Source: an uncultured virus (IMG/VR IMGVR_UViG_3300049982_000266)
Taxonomy: Duplodnaviria > Heunggongvirae > Uroviricota > Caudoviricetes
Length of the DNA stretch: 64,000 bases
Direction: 5' to 3' (one strand)
Virus record (IMG/VR): IMGVR_UViG_3300049982_000266
Positions 50,076 to 59,246 of this stretch are shown here, piece by piece. The number at the start of each line of letters is the position of its first letter. Within the stretch, counting starts at the first letter, position 1. The notes beneath the pieces were generated by a model. The model saw only the letters and a program-made list of their open reading frames with translations, was not told the DNA's origin and did not search any database. Position numbers and translations under genes: made by a program.

Positions 50076-50145
50076 GGGTCCTGCTTCCTGTAGTGGGAAC
50101 GCCCGGCTCGCTCGGCCGGGTCGTGGATCTACGCTAACACAGCGC
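50076..50145 (-). promoter_or_regulatory. Promoter + leader hairpin heading the conjugation operon
   Basis: TGTTAGCGT ... CCCGGC-CGAGCGA-GCCGGG (50102-50120) ... CAGGA. Confidence 0.75.
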
Positions 50146-50164
50146 ACAGTGCGCTGCGCAGTTC

Positions 50165-50719
50165 TCAGACCGGCGCGTCGCAGGGGATCGAGCGGCCGTC
50201 ATTCGTGAGCAGCCGCCAGCCCCAGTGCGTACGCACCGGCACGGCGGTCGCGTCCACCGTGGGGCCGTTGCGCCGGATGACGAAGCCGTCGCGCTCAGCG
50301 GCCTCGCGGTCGTCGTCGAGCGCCTTGTGGCATCCGCTCGCGTTGCCCATGCCGCAGACGAGCACGAGCCACGCCGGGCCGTTCGTGCGGTCTGCCTCGG
50401 CCTTGCTCCGGCCGCCCATGCCCCGGCCCTCGCGGTGCTGGAGGTTCGTGCCCGGCCAGCCGCAGCGCTGGCACAGACCCATGTCGCGCAGCCACACGAG
50501 GTTGCGCGTCGCGGTCGAGGGGCCGGTGTCCCGGAGTGCCTGCTGCCGGGGCTGTGCGGCCCGCTGCGGCGCTGCTGCGCGGGCCGGGGGCGCCGACCGC
50601 CGGACCGGCTCCTGGCGGGCCTGGAGCGGCTTGCCGCGCTCCAGGGGCTTCGTCGTCTTCAGCGGCTTGTCGCCCTGCGCCAGCGGCGTCTTCCGGGCAG
50701 GCGGTCCGGAGCGCTTCAC
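50165..50719 (-). CDS. HNH endonuclease (actinophage type)
   Basis: RDMGLCQRCG...QHREGRGMGG...LVLVCG.GN.SGCH. Confidence 0.75.
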   Translation of the reverse strand: MKRSGPPARKTPLAQGDKPLKTTKPLERGKPLQARQEPVRRSAPPARAAAPQRAAQPRQQALRDTGPSTATRNLVWLRDMGLCQRCGWPGTNLQHREGRGMGGRSKAEADRTNGPAWLVLVCGMGNASGCHKALDDDREAAERDGFVIRRNGPTVDATAVPVRTHWGWRLLTNDGRSIPCDAPV

Positions 50720-51129
50720 CGGCGCGGCTTGTCGACCTGCGGCCGAGCCGGAGGCACACGCGGCAGCGCCTTCGCCGTGCCCGCCACGAGCGCGGCGACG
50801 TTGCGCGGGGTCCGCCCCTCGGCGACCTTCATGCGGCCCTCGCGCAGTGCCCGCCGGTAGGCGGCCTCGTCGTCGGGGTCAGCGTCCGGGATCGCCTCGG
50901 GCGAGGCGTCGAGCCGGTCGCGTCGCATCCGCTTCACCTCGGCGATGATCTCGGCGGGAGCGACGAAGGGCGCACGCTTCGCGACGGCGACGACGGCCTG
51001 GCGCGCGTCGTCGAAGGTCACGTCCTCCAGCACGAGCGTCCAGGCGTCGGGGGTGAACTCGTCGATCTTCTGCGCGGGCATGATCTGCGACACGAGCGCG
51101 AGCAGGGCGGTGGTCTCGGAGAGGTTCAC
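50716..51129 (-). CDS. replicative helicase loader/inhibitor (G39P-like)
   Basis: SETTALLALV...DAWTLVLEDVTFDDARQAV...FVAPAEI; directly after initiator. Confidence 0.7.
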   Translation of the reverse strand: MNLSETTALLALVSQIMPAQKIDEFTPDAWTLVLEDVTFDDARQAVVAVAKRAPFVAPAEIIAEVKRMRRDRLDASPEAIPDADPDDEAAYRRALREGRMKVAEGRTPRNVAALVAGTAKALPRVPPARPQVDKPRR

Positions 51130-51130
51130 G

Positions 51131-52036
51131 TCAGCCCTCCAGGGCGGGGGTCGTCGGGACGGGCTCCCACGGCGCCCGGCGACCGCCAGTGGCAGCGGCG
51201 TCCATCGCGCGCTCCAGGACCCCGTGAGTCTGTGCCATGCCCTGCGCGCCGCGCTGCTGGCGGTCGGCGCGGTTCTGCACGTCACGCCGGACCCAGTTCC
51301 GCCAGGTCGCGGCCCAGTCGACCTTCACGCCGCGCTGGCCAGGCGCGGAGCGCCAGTGGTCGCAGAAGACCTCGTGGATCTTCGCGGCGTCCTCGGCGGT
51401 GAGCCCCTGCGCCAGCGTCCAGGCGACGAGGTCGGGCTCCAGGACGAAGGGCTCCGGGAGGCGGGTGCCCTTGCGCTTCGGCGTCGGCGCAGGCTCGGCT
51501 TCGAGCGAGGGGGTCCCCTGCGAAGCAGGGGGGGTGTCTTCTGCGTAGTGCTTCTGAGGAGTGACTACAGCGGCAGGGTCCCCGACCGTCGGCTCCCCGA
51601 CTGCCGGGTCCCCGACCGACGGGAAGCCGTCACCCTGCACCCGCCGCCTATCCGGGCGGTCCTCGACGGCCTGCGCCCCCTTCAGCCGGGCTGCCTCGGC
51701 CGCCCACTCGGCGACAGGCTCGACCGAGATCTCGACGTCGGTGAACCACCGGGGGCCGCGCTCCGTGCGCACGCTGTAGCGCACCCGGCGGTAGTAGCCG
51801 TGCGCGATCAACTCCTGGATGCCGGAGCGGATCGCCTCGCGGCCTTCCTTGCCGCCGCGCTCGACGGCCTCGGCGCGGACCTTCCAGCCGTCCGGCTTCG
51901 CCAGCAGCGAGCACAGGATGCCGCGCGCCTTGTAGGACAGCCGCTCGTCTTCGAGCAGCGCGTTCGGGATCGCCTCGTAGCCCGAACGCGGACGGCGCTT
52001 CCGCAGCCGCGAGCCCTCGTCGGCGGGGGAGGTCAT
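51131..52036 (-). CDS. RepA-like replication initiator
   Basis: IPNALLEDERLSYKARG...GREAIRSGIQELIAHGY wHTH; GTRLP...DHW...K.DWAATWRNW. Confidence 0.8.
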   Translation of the reverse strand: MTSPADEGSRLRKRRPRSGYEAIPNALLEDERLSYKARGILCSLLAKPDGWKVRAEAVERGGKEGREAIRSGIQELIAHGYYRRVRYSVRTERGPRWFTDVEISVEPVAEWAAEAARLKGAQAVEDRPDRRRVQGDGFPSVGDPAVGEPTVGDPAAVVTPQKHYAEDTPPASQGTPSLEAEPAPTPKRKGTRLPEPFVLEPDLVAWTLAQGLTAEDAAKIHEVFCDHWRSAPGQRGVKVDWAATWRNWVRRDVQNRADRQQRGAQGMAQTHGVLERAMDAAATGGRRAPWEPVPTTPALEG

Positions 52037-52434
52037 CGGTCGCCCTTCCGCGCGTTGCAGGACTCGCGCGCGAGCACGCAGTTCGCGAGCACGTCCGGTC
52101 CGCCCTTCGAGGTCGGGACCACGTGGTCGACGGTGACGGTGCGGTAGATCAACCGGACGCCGCAGTAGCGGCAGTCCCAGCCGTCACGCGCGACGACGTG
52201 CGTGGCCCGGCGCATCGCCAGGGACAGGCAGCCGGGGCCGGTCCACACGGTGCTCGGGCGGCTCCGCTTCCAGCGGAGGTCGGGGTCAGCCTGGAGGGCT
52301 GCCACGAGTTCGAGGAGACGGATCTCCCTCGTGTCGCACGCTGCTGCGCGCTCGATCGTCTGTACGCTCACGCTGAAGTGCTCTCCGTTCGGTGCTGCGG
52401 ACGGGTGGTGCGAGGCGGCGGCTCGGGATCCCAC
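52033..52434 (-). CDS. HNH endonuclease, possibly degenerate
   Basis: RDGWDCRYCG...TVDHVVPTSKGG...NCVLARESCNARKG; start uncertain. Confidence 0.65.
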   Translation of the reverse strand: MGSRAAASHHPSAAPNGEHFSVSVQTIERAAACDTREIRLLELVAALQADPDLRWKRSRPSTVWTGPGCLSLAMRRATHVVARDGWDCRYCGVRLIYRTVTVDHVVPTSKGGPDVLANCVLARESCNARKGDR

Positions 52435-52470
52435 TCCCGGCCGCCGTCGGCCTTGCTCGGGTCGGTGACG

Positions 52471-52863
52471 TTAGCCCACGTCGAGGGTCAGACCGGCCAG
52501 CCACTCGCGCATCGGCGCGTCGGGCAGGAACCACTCGCCGACGACGTGCCGGTCGGCGAAGCCCTCGTGCAGCGCGTGCTCGCTGTCGCCGGGGATGAGC
52601 CCGACGAGCAGGATCGGCTCGCGGCAGTCCATGTCGGCAGGCGTGATGATGTAGCACTGCCGGTTGATCGCCCGCAGTTCCTTCAGCCGGGTCAGCGGGT
52701 GCTTCGAGAGCCCGATCTTGACCCAGCCCTGGCGCTGCATGACGTAGGTCTGTGCGTCAGGGTGCTGGCCGAAGGCGGTGCTCTTCGCCCCGCCGCAGAC
52801 GCGGCAGCGCTTCAGGCGCCACGCCGACGCGGGCGGCTCGAAGAGCGTCAGCGGCTCGCTCAC
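52471..52863 (-). CDS. GIY-YIG / T5orf172-family protein
   Basis: TYVM...VKIGLSKHPLTRLKEL...EHALHEGF...GEWF. Confidence 0.8.
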   Translation of the reverse strand: MSEPLTLFEPPASAWRLKRCRVCGGAKSTAFGQHPDAQTYVMQRQGWVKIGLSKHPLTRLKELRAINRQCYIITPADMDCREPILLVGLIPGDSEHALHEGFADRHVVGEWFLPDAPMREWLAGLTLDVG

Positions 52864-53493
52864 CGCTCGCGGTGCCAGCGCAGGAGGAAGTCGCGCGCGC
52901 CGTCGATCACGGCGACGTTCTCCGGCGTCGGCAGGCTGACCCGCTGGCGGGCCTGCGCGTGCGCGAAGGTCACGTTGCCGTCGGACTCCAGCAGCATCCG
53001 CCAGCGCTCGCCGCTGAAGCGCGGGTGCGCGCTCGCCTCGGCCAGCCACTTCGCGGTCTGCTCGGCGTCGCTGAGCGCCTGCACGTCCGACGCTTCGGCG
53101 TCTACGTCGAGCACCCCGCTGGCGGCGTCCAGCGGGCTCACACCGGCCCGCAGAAGCGGCCGGAGGTAGTCGGCGACCGCGCGCACCCTGGCGGGCGCGT
53201 ACGGCCACTTCTGCTCGTCGGCGGGCAGCGGCTCGGGCTGTGGCCCGGCGGGCAGGTCGGGGAAGAGCGGGACGTCGGTCACGATCCGTCCAGGGGGACG
53301 AACTCGGCGACGATGACCGTCGTCGTGAGGCGGTGCTCCAACAGAGGGTGCCACTTCGAGGCGGGCTCCTCGGCGGCGAAAGATCGCGCCTTCGCCTCGT
53401 CGGTGAAGCGCTTGCGGCGCTGCTCGACGTCCGGCGGGAACCACGCGACCACCCACTCCTCGACGGTGGTCGAGCCCTCGTCCGGCAGGGCCG

Positions 53494-53781
53494 TCACGGC
53501 TCGACCATCTCGTCCTCGGGGGCGCGGACCGGGAGCCCGCGCTGGAGGGCGACGGCGACCCGCTCGGCGCGACCGAGCCCGCCCCACACGCCCTCGGGTT
53601 CGTCGTTCGCCAGGGCGTACTCCAGGCAGGCGTCCCGGATCGGGCAGGGGGCGCCGTCGTCGGGGCCGTTGCACACGCGCTTCGCGCGCATGATGACCTG
53701 CTTCCCGCCCTGCTCGGGGTAGAAGATCTCGGGGTCGGTGGAGGCGCAGACGGCGCTTCCCCAGTCGGGCGTGTCGATCAT
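53494..53781 (-). CDS. whiB: WhiB-family transcription factor
   Basis: AVCASTDPEIFYP...AKRVC...CPIRDACLEYAL...GVWGGL...ER. Confidence 0.9.
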   Translation of the reverse strand: MIDTPDWGSAVCASTDPEIFYPEQGGKQVIMRAKRVCNGPDDGAPCPIRDACLEYALANDEPEGVWGGLGRAERVAVALQRGLPVRAPEDEMVEP

Positions 53782-55154
53782 GCCGTCGGCTCCTCGCTGC
53801 TCGGGTACGGACCGTCGACCTCGCCCATGACGGCGACCTCGGCGGCGTGCTGCTGTGCCTTCGCGAGAGCGGCGGCTGCCCGCTCGCGCTTCTCGCGCTC
53901 GGCCTTCGGGATCGGCCGGATCGCGATGCTGCCCTGCGTGCCCTCCCGCTGCGGCTTGTGGAGTTCCTTCAGCGGACCGCGCAGCCCGTCGGGAGTCAGC
54001 GCCCACTCGACGACGGCGCGCTCCCACGCCTCCTCGTCGAGCACCGCGCGGGGCTTGTCGCGGCCGTAGCGGATGCCCTCGTACTCGCCGAAGGCGATGC
54101 CGTCCACGAGCGCGGCGGCGGCCTTCTGGCCCTTGTCGGCGGCACCCTTCGCCGAGCGGTGCTCCATGTAGTCCCGCAGCACTGCGGCGATGCGCTGCTC
54201 GTCCGGCGTCGAGCCGAGCAGCGTCCAGGACTCCGGGCTGCGCCCGTGTCGCTCGGCCTGCGGCACGTTCCAGCAGTAGTCGCGGGCGAAGCAGTAGCGC
54301 GCGCAGATCGGGCTCAGCGCCGGGCCGGGCTCGTCGCGCGGCTGCTCGATCCCGAGGTCGATCTGCGTCGCGAGCGTGATGAGGTCGTCGACCGCGCGCT
54401 CGGCGTACTCCAGGTTCCAGGGGCGCTCGAAGACGACGTCGCGGCCGTCGGCGCGCTGCACGTAGACGATGCGCACGACGCGGACGTAGGCACCCTCGCG
54501 GTGCTTCGACAGGGCGTAGGTGAACGCCTGCTTCCACTCGCTCTCGGGCGGGCCGTCGTCGGTGATGACCGACCACTTGTAGTCGCCCGCCGTCTTCAGG
54601 TCGTCGAGCGAGCCCATGATCGGGTCGTACTCGTCGAAGCGGCTCTCGCCGATGCCCTCGATCTTCACGGGCTGCTCGAACTCGCGCCACGGGTACAGCC
54701 GCTTGCGCAGGGCGGCGACGGAGTCGTGGATCAACTGGCCCATGTACGCGGCGCGCTTGTCGGTCCACGAGGCGTAGAAGTCCTCCGGCGGGCGCTCGCG
54801 GTACTGCACCTGGCGGCGGCACGCGCTGTGGTCGCTGGCGCTGACCTTCACGTCGCCGAACTCGCTGGCGCGGGCGGCGCGCCCGGCCTGGTTCTCGGCG
54901 TCCTGCTGGCGCAGGTCGTCACCGAGGGTGTTGCGGTGCCCGGCGATCGCCTGCTCGACGAGCAGGTCGACGAGGTCGCGCCGGTAGCGGCGGCAGCCGG
55001 TGCGCTTGCACGCGCCCTGCTGCTGCGGCCCGGCGTGCTCGTGACGGCCCGCGCCGCACACGCACGGCTCGGTGGACGGGCCGTACATCGGCGGCCGGGA
55101 GAGGATGATCTTGACGCGCTCGCGCGCCTCGTCGATCGGCAGACGGGTGGGCAC
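53778..55154 (-). CDS. PD-(D/E)XK exonuclease (RecB/Cas4-like)
   Basis: SAS...CRRQ...GQLIH...E...FD...DDLKT...QAFTYA...C..YC...C. Confidence 0.8.
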   Translation of the reverse strand: MPTRLPIDEARERVKIILSRPPMYGPSTEPCVCGAGRHEHAGPQQQGACKRTGCRRYRRDLVDLLVEQAIAGHRNTLGDDLRQQDAENQAGRAARASEFGDVKVSASDHSACRRQVQYRERPPEDFYASWTDKRAAYMGQLIHDSVAALRKRLYPWREFEQPVKIEGIGESRFDEYDPIMGSLDDLKTAGDYKWSVITDDGPPESEWKQAFTYALSKHREGAYVRVVRIVYVQRADGRDVVFERPWNLEYAERAVDDLITLATQIDLGIEQPRDEPGPALSPICARYCFARDYCWNVPQAERHGRSPESWTLLGSTPDEQRIAAVLRDYMEHRSAKGAADKGQKAAAALVDGIAFGEYEGIRYGRDKPRAVLDEEAWERAVVEWALTPDGLRGPLKELHKPQREGTQGSIAIRPIPKAEREKRERAAAALAKAQQHAAEVAVMGEVDGPYPSSEEPTA

Positions 55155-55237
55155 TGGACTCGCTTCCTGTGGGGATGGCGCCGGTCGCTCACCGGCGAGA
55201 GGGACAGTAGCCGGGGGGTCCGACAGACCCCCCGGCT
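55155..55237 (-). promoter_or_regulatory. Terminator-like hairpin, -10 and leader hairpin
   Basis: 12-bp stem 55209-55237 abuts TACTGT; CGCCGG-TGAGCGA-CCGGCG (55179-55197). Confidence 0.75.
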
Positions 55238-55242
55238 CGGGC

Positions 55243-56973
55243 TCAGCCGACCATCACCGGCCCGGTGTGCACCTGCACCGAGCCGACGAGGAAGCCGCGC
55301 TCGGCGGCGTAGGAGACGGCCGCCTCGCGCATCGTGAAGTACGGGCCGGTCGGCTTGCGGGTGGCCGGGTCGACCGCGACGTGCTTCGTCTCGACGAAGC
55401 CCTCGGTCACGGCGACCGGCTCGGCGACCGGCTCGGCGACCGGCTCGGCGACCGGCTCGGCCGGAGCGACCGGCTGGACGACCGGGAGGTCGCCCTGCTC
55501 GTCGAGGTAGGACGCGAGCGTGCCGACGTCCAGCCGGACCTTCGCGCGGGTCACCGCGACGTAGGCGAGCATGAGGTCCGCCGGGCTGATCTTGTCGGAC
55601 TCCAGCGCGAAGTCGGCGATGCGCACGGCGTCCCACTCGCGGCCCTTGCTCTTGTGCGCGGTGGAGATGACGACGTCGGCGTACTTCTCGTCCGACGCGC
55701 TCTTCAGCACGCCGAGGAGCGTCTGCGCGCCGCGCTCGTCGATCAACTTGACCATCGTCGCGAGGTCTCCGGTGGTCTCCTCCTCGGAGACGTACTGCTG
55801 CACCATCTTCCAGTCGACGAAGGCGGCCAGGTCAGCGTGCTGCGTGCCCTTGCCCGCCATGAGGTCCAGGGCCGCCTCACAGAACTTCACGCTCTCGGTC
55901 GTGCCGCCGACGAGCGCGGCCTTGCGACCCCGCTGCTGCTCGGCCAGCAGGGCGGCCAGGCACCCGGCGTTCGTGCGGCACAGGATCGCGTCGCTGTCCT
56001 GAGCGCCGGGGACGTCGAGGGCGACCCGGACGCTCGGGACCTTGTCGAAGCCCTCCAGGCGCAGCGGCGCGTCGAGCACGTTGAGGAAGACGTTGGCCGT
56101 CTCGGCGACGGCCGGGCCGAAGCGGAAGGACTGCGAAAGCGTGCGGACCATCGTGCCGCGAGCGGCGAACTTCGCCATCGCGTCGACCGCGCCGGTGAAG
56201 CCGTAGATCGCCTGCGCACTGTCGCCGACGAGGATGACCTGGAGGTGCCTCTGCTGCTCGACGACGGCGGCGATGACCGGGTTCGCGTCCTGCGCCTCGT
56301 CGAAGAGGAGCACGTCGCCGTCGATCTTCGGCGAGGACAACTGCCACATCTTCAGGTAGTGGTCGTGCGTGAAGCGGACGAAGCCGGTCTCGCCCTGGAG
56401 GTCGGCCCACACGCGCTGAGCGTGCGGCAGGAGCGCCTTCGCGATCTCCTGGTTGATCGGGCCACGGACGGCACCGCCGCGCGGGCCGGGGGCGTCCAGA
56501 CCCTCGATCGCCGGGAAGTGATGCGTGCCGATCTCGGTGTCGGCCGAGCGGCAGAAGCCAGCGACACCGGCGAGCACGTGGCGAGCGAGCGTGACGTTGC
56601 TCAGCATCCGGTGCTGGTCGCCGAAGCCCTTGACCGTCATCGGCGACAGGCGCAGCCACTTCGCGACCTCGGACGGCCACTGGCGGTTCGCGCGGAGCCG
56701 GGCGGCGTAGCGCTTGCCGACGGCCTGGAAGGCGAGGGAGTGGGCGGTGCCCGCGCGGACGTTCACCGGGAACGAGCCCTTCGCCTCGTCGGCGATCGCG
56801 CGGTTGAAGGCGACGTAGGTGAAGCGCTTGCTCGGGGCGGCCTCGGCCAGCAGCCGGAGCGTCGAGGTCTTGCCGGTGCCCGCGCCCGCCTGGATGACGA
56901 GGTTGTCGCCGGTGAGGAAGGCGTCGCGGATCGCGGCCTGCTCGGCAGTGGGGGCGAAGGTCGTGGCGGTCAT
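55243..56973 (-). CDS. UvrD/REP-like SF1 helicase
   Basis: AGAGTGKT, FDEAQD, VGDSAQAIYGF, LSQSFRFG, STAHKSKGREW, YVAVTRAK. Confidence 0.9.
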   Translation of the reverse strand: MTATTFAPTAEQAAIRDAFLTGDNLVIQAGAGTGKTSTLRLLAEAAPSKRFTYVAFNRAIADEAKGSFPVNVRAGTAHSLAFQAVGKRYAARLRANRQWPSEVAKWLRLSPMTVKGFGDQHRMLSNVTLARHVLAGVAGFCRSADTEIGTHHFPAIEGLDAPGPRGGAVRGPINQEIAKALLPHAQRVWADLQGETGFVRFTHDHYLKMWQLSSPKIDGDVLLFDEAQDANPVIAAVVEQQRHLQVILVGDSAQAIYGFTGAVDAMAKFAARGTMVRTLSQSFRFGPAVAETANVFLNVLDAPLRLEGFDKVPSVRVALDVPGAQDSDAILCRTNAGCLAALLAEQQRGRKAALVGGTTESVKFCEAALDLMAGKGTQHADLAAFVDWKMVQQYVSEEETTGDLATMVKLIDERGAQTLLGVLKSASDEKYADVVISTAHKSKGREWDAVRIADFALESDKISPADLMLAYVAVTRAKVRLDVGTLASYLDEQGDLPVVQPVAPAEPVAEPVAEPVAEPVAVTEGFVETKHVAVDPATRKPTGPYFTMREAAVSYAAERGFLVGSVQVHTGPVMVG

Positions 56974-57052
56974 CTCGTGCTCCTGGTCTGTCGGTGTGGG
57001 CCGGTCGCTCACCGGTTGAGAGAACCATAGCACAGCCGTACCTCGGCTTAGC
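56974..57052 (-). promoter_or_regulatory. Repeat module with leader hairpin
   Basis: GCTAAGCCGAGGTACGGCTGTGCTATGGT ... CCGG-TGAGCGA-CCGG (57001-57015) ... CCAGGAG. Confidence 0.85.
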
Positions 57053-57077
57053 GACTTCCGGCCGGAAAGATGCCGAA

Positions 57078-57123
57078 GAGCCGGGCTCGGCGTCGCCTTC
57101 CCCTTGCGACATGAGCCCGGCTC
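57078..57123 (-). terminator. hairpin terminator after RecT-like gene
   Basis: GAGCCGGGCTC...GAGCCCGGCTC inverted repeat. Confidence 0.55.
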
Positions 57124-57157
57124 CCCAGTGCACCGGCCCCCGCGAGGGCCGGTCGAT

Positions 57158-58753
57158 CTACCTCGGGAGGGCGTCCCCGAGCATGGCGCGCACGTCAGCG
57201 ACGACGCTCGTGCCGAGCATGTCGTACGCCTGCGCCGCGCCGGTCTTGCCGCTCCCGCCGAGCCGGTCGACGGCGCTCTTGCGGTACTGCGCGACGAAGC
57301 GCAGTGCCTCCTCGGCCGTCCAGTCCTTCACTTCGCGCTTCAGGTGCGCGCGCTGACGCTGCGTCATCTTCGAGACCGTCGTGCCGTGGATCGTCGCCAG
57401 GACGTCGATCTCGTCGAGCAGCCACGTCCGGCCCTGCTCCGGGTCGACGGGCGGCGGACCGGCCGGGTCGTCGGCGGGCACGAGCGGGCTGGAGTTGACC
57501 GGGTCGTCGGAGCGGGGCTCCTCCGGGGCGCTCTCCGGCTCGCTGGCGGGCTCGGGGACCACCTCGGCCTCGACGGTGCCGTCCTCGTGCTCCGCGCCGG
57601 GAGCGGCCTCCTGAGCGGCCTCGACGGGCTGCTCGGCGGCGGGCGCCTCAGGTGCGGCCGGAGCCTGCTCCTCGGTGAACGGCTGCCCGCTCTGGACGGC
57701 GCCAGCGGCGGCGCGCAGGAAGGCGTCGAGGTTGGTCTCCTCGCCCTTCAGCCCGCGCACCGGCGTGATGACGCGGCGCTCCGGCGGGCCGGTCTCCTCC
57801 CACGCCGCAAGGATGACCTGGCGACGGGCGGCGGGGTCGGCGCTCTCAGTGAAGGCGGCGAGCACGATCTTGCGGATCTGCTCGGCCTTCGCCGGGAGGA
57901 ACGGCTGCGGGGGCTCCGGCGCGGCGGCGGGCTGCGACAGGGTCTCGACGACCTCGCCGTCGATCACGGAGCCGTCCTCGTCGACCAGCGCGCCCAACTC
58001 CTCGGCGGTGTAGTGCGCACCGGCCAGCACCTCCTCAGCGCCTTCACGGACGACTTCCGAGATCGCGCGGGCCTTCGCCATCGCCTCCGGGTAGGTCTCC
58101 CAGTTGCCGGGCTTGTCGTTGCGGGTGCGGGCGCGCACGGTCCACTTGCCGTCGGAGCCCTGCTGGTAGGAGTCGACGAGCCCGGCGCGCACAGCGCGGT
58201 CGATCGTCCAGGTCGCCTCGAAGGTCCAGTCGGGGTCGTCGCTGCGGATGAGGTACGCGGTCGCCTTCAGGTCGCCGCCCTCGACCGAGCCCTCGACCTT
58301 CATGCGCATCTTGTGGCCCGCCCGGCGCACGAGCGCCGACATGAGCGCGGCCGACGCCGTCGGCTTGCCGTCGATCACGTGGATGCCGGTGATCGCGGCC
58401 ATCGGCGCGATGCCCAGCATGAGCCCGTACTCGACGGCGTAGAGCACGTTCGCCGGGGCGCCCCGGTACTGCGACGGGAGCAGGTTCGCGTTCGCCAGTT
58501 CGCGGGCGTAGCGGATGCGGGCGTTGAGGCTGAGGTTCGGGCTCGACATGGTCGGCATGAGGGCGCTGCCGGGCGTCACCTCGTCGGCCTTCGGCTCGAA
58601 GCCCGCGTTCGCAGTGCGACCGCCGGTCGAGATCGTGCCGTCGGAGATGGTGCTGCCGATGATCTGGCCCTCGGCGATGCGGTCGGTGGGCGTGCCGTTC
58701 GCAGGGTGGTCAGCGCCGGGTGCGGGCGCCTGGTCGGTCGGGACGTCGGTCAC
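57158..58753 (-). CDS. recT: RecT-like ssDNA annealing protein with long C-terminal extension
   Basis: LLPSQYRGAPANVLYA..YG.MLGI.PM.A...IHVIDGKP...W.TYPEAM..ARAIS...R. Confidence 0.8.
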   Translation of the reverse strand: MTDVPTDQAPAPGADHPANGTPTDRIAEGQIIGSTISDGTISTGGRTANAGFEPKADEVTPGSALMPTMSSPNLSLNARIRYARELANANLLPSQYRGAPANVLYAVEYGLMLGIAPMAAITGIHVIDGKPTASAALMSALVRRAGHKMRMKVEGSVEGGDLKATAYLIRSDDPDWTFEATWTIDRAVRAGLVDSYQQGSDGKWTVRARTRNDKPGNWETYPEAMAKARAISEVVREGAEEVLAGAHYTAEELGALVDEDGSVIDGEVVETLSQPAAAPEPPQPFLPAKAEQIRKIVLAAFTESADPAARRQVILAAWEETGPPERRVITPVRGLKGEETNLDAFLRAAAGAVQSGQPFTEEQAPAAPEAPAAEQPVEAAQEAAPGAEHEDGTVEAEVVPEPASEPESAPEEPRSDDPVNSSPLVPADDPAGPPPVDPEQGRTWLLDEIDVLATIHGTTVSKMTQRQRAHLKREVKDWTAEEALRFVAQYRKSAVDRLGGSGKTGAAQAYDMLGTSVVADVRAMLGDALPR

Positions 58754-58812
58754 TGCTGCTCGCTTCCTATGGGGTGCCGGTCGCTCACCGGCTGAGGTGG
58801 ATCACGCTACGC
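58754..58812 (-). promoter_or_regulatory. Promoter + leader hairpin
   Basis: TAGCGT ... GCCGG-TGAGCGA-CCGGC (58776-58792) ... TAGGAAG. Confidence 0.75.
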
Positions 58813-58832
58813 GCGGGGTCTGACAGAACGGT

Positions 58833-59138
58833 TCAGCGGCTACACCGCCCCTCGTGCCCAGCGGGCTTGCGCGGGCCAGGCTCGCCCTCGGGGTCGCCGA
58901 GCCCGCAGGTGGTGCACAGGGCGCGCTCACGGGCGCTGTGGGCCAGCATCTCGACGACGATGCGCCAGGTCGCGTCGGACGCCTTGCGCGTCCCGGCCGC
59001 CTGCTCGACGACCTTGCGCTCGGTCCGGCCGAAGTGGGCCACGGCCACGACGGTGTCGCCGCGCTCGCGCAGCACGTGCGCGAGACGGCCCGCCTTGACG
59101 CGGCGGCTCTCGGCCGCGCGCTCCTCCCATGACTCCAC
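58833..59138 (-). CDS. hypothetical protein, leaderless
   Basis: GTG 6 nt after TACGGT of a box variant (GCGAAGCGGGTGTACGGT, 59139-59163). Confidence 0.6.
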   Translation of the reverse strand: MESWEERAAESRRVKAGRLAHVLRERGDTVVAVAHFGRTERKVVEQAAGTRKASDATWRIVVEMLAHSARERALCTTCGLGDPEGEPGPRKPAGHEGRCSR

Positions 59139-59199
59139 GGCGACACCGTACACCCGCTTCGCCTCACAGTGCACAGCGCGGTACGCGCGTGTCGCAGAC

Positions 59200-59233
59200 G
59201 ACGGCCCCGCGAGCCGAAGCGCGCGGGGCCGTC
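59200..59233 (-). terminator. hairpin terminator
   Basis: GACGGCCCCGCG...CGCGGGGCCGTC. Confidence 0.7.
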
Positions 59234-59246
59234 GGGACGAGCGGGT

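Noticed and set aside
55410..55465. 12-bp tandem repeat CGGCGACCGGCT
   Set aside because: Encodes an AEPV low-complexity linker in the helicase C-terminus
484..57052. GCTAAG as the J4/2 strand of HDV-like ribozymes
   Set aside because: Sequence 5' of the motif is coding DNA lacking the P1/P3/L3 nested pseudoknot; the 33.1 kb element also lacks a P2 partner strand
484..59163. Dispersed repeats as a CRISPR array
   Set aside because: Copies are degenerate, kilobases apart and separated by genes; the only Cas4-like protein sits in a RecT/helicase recombination context
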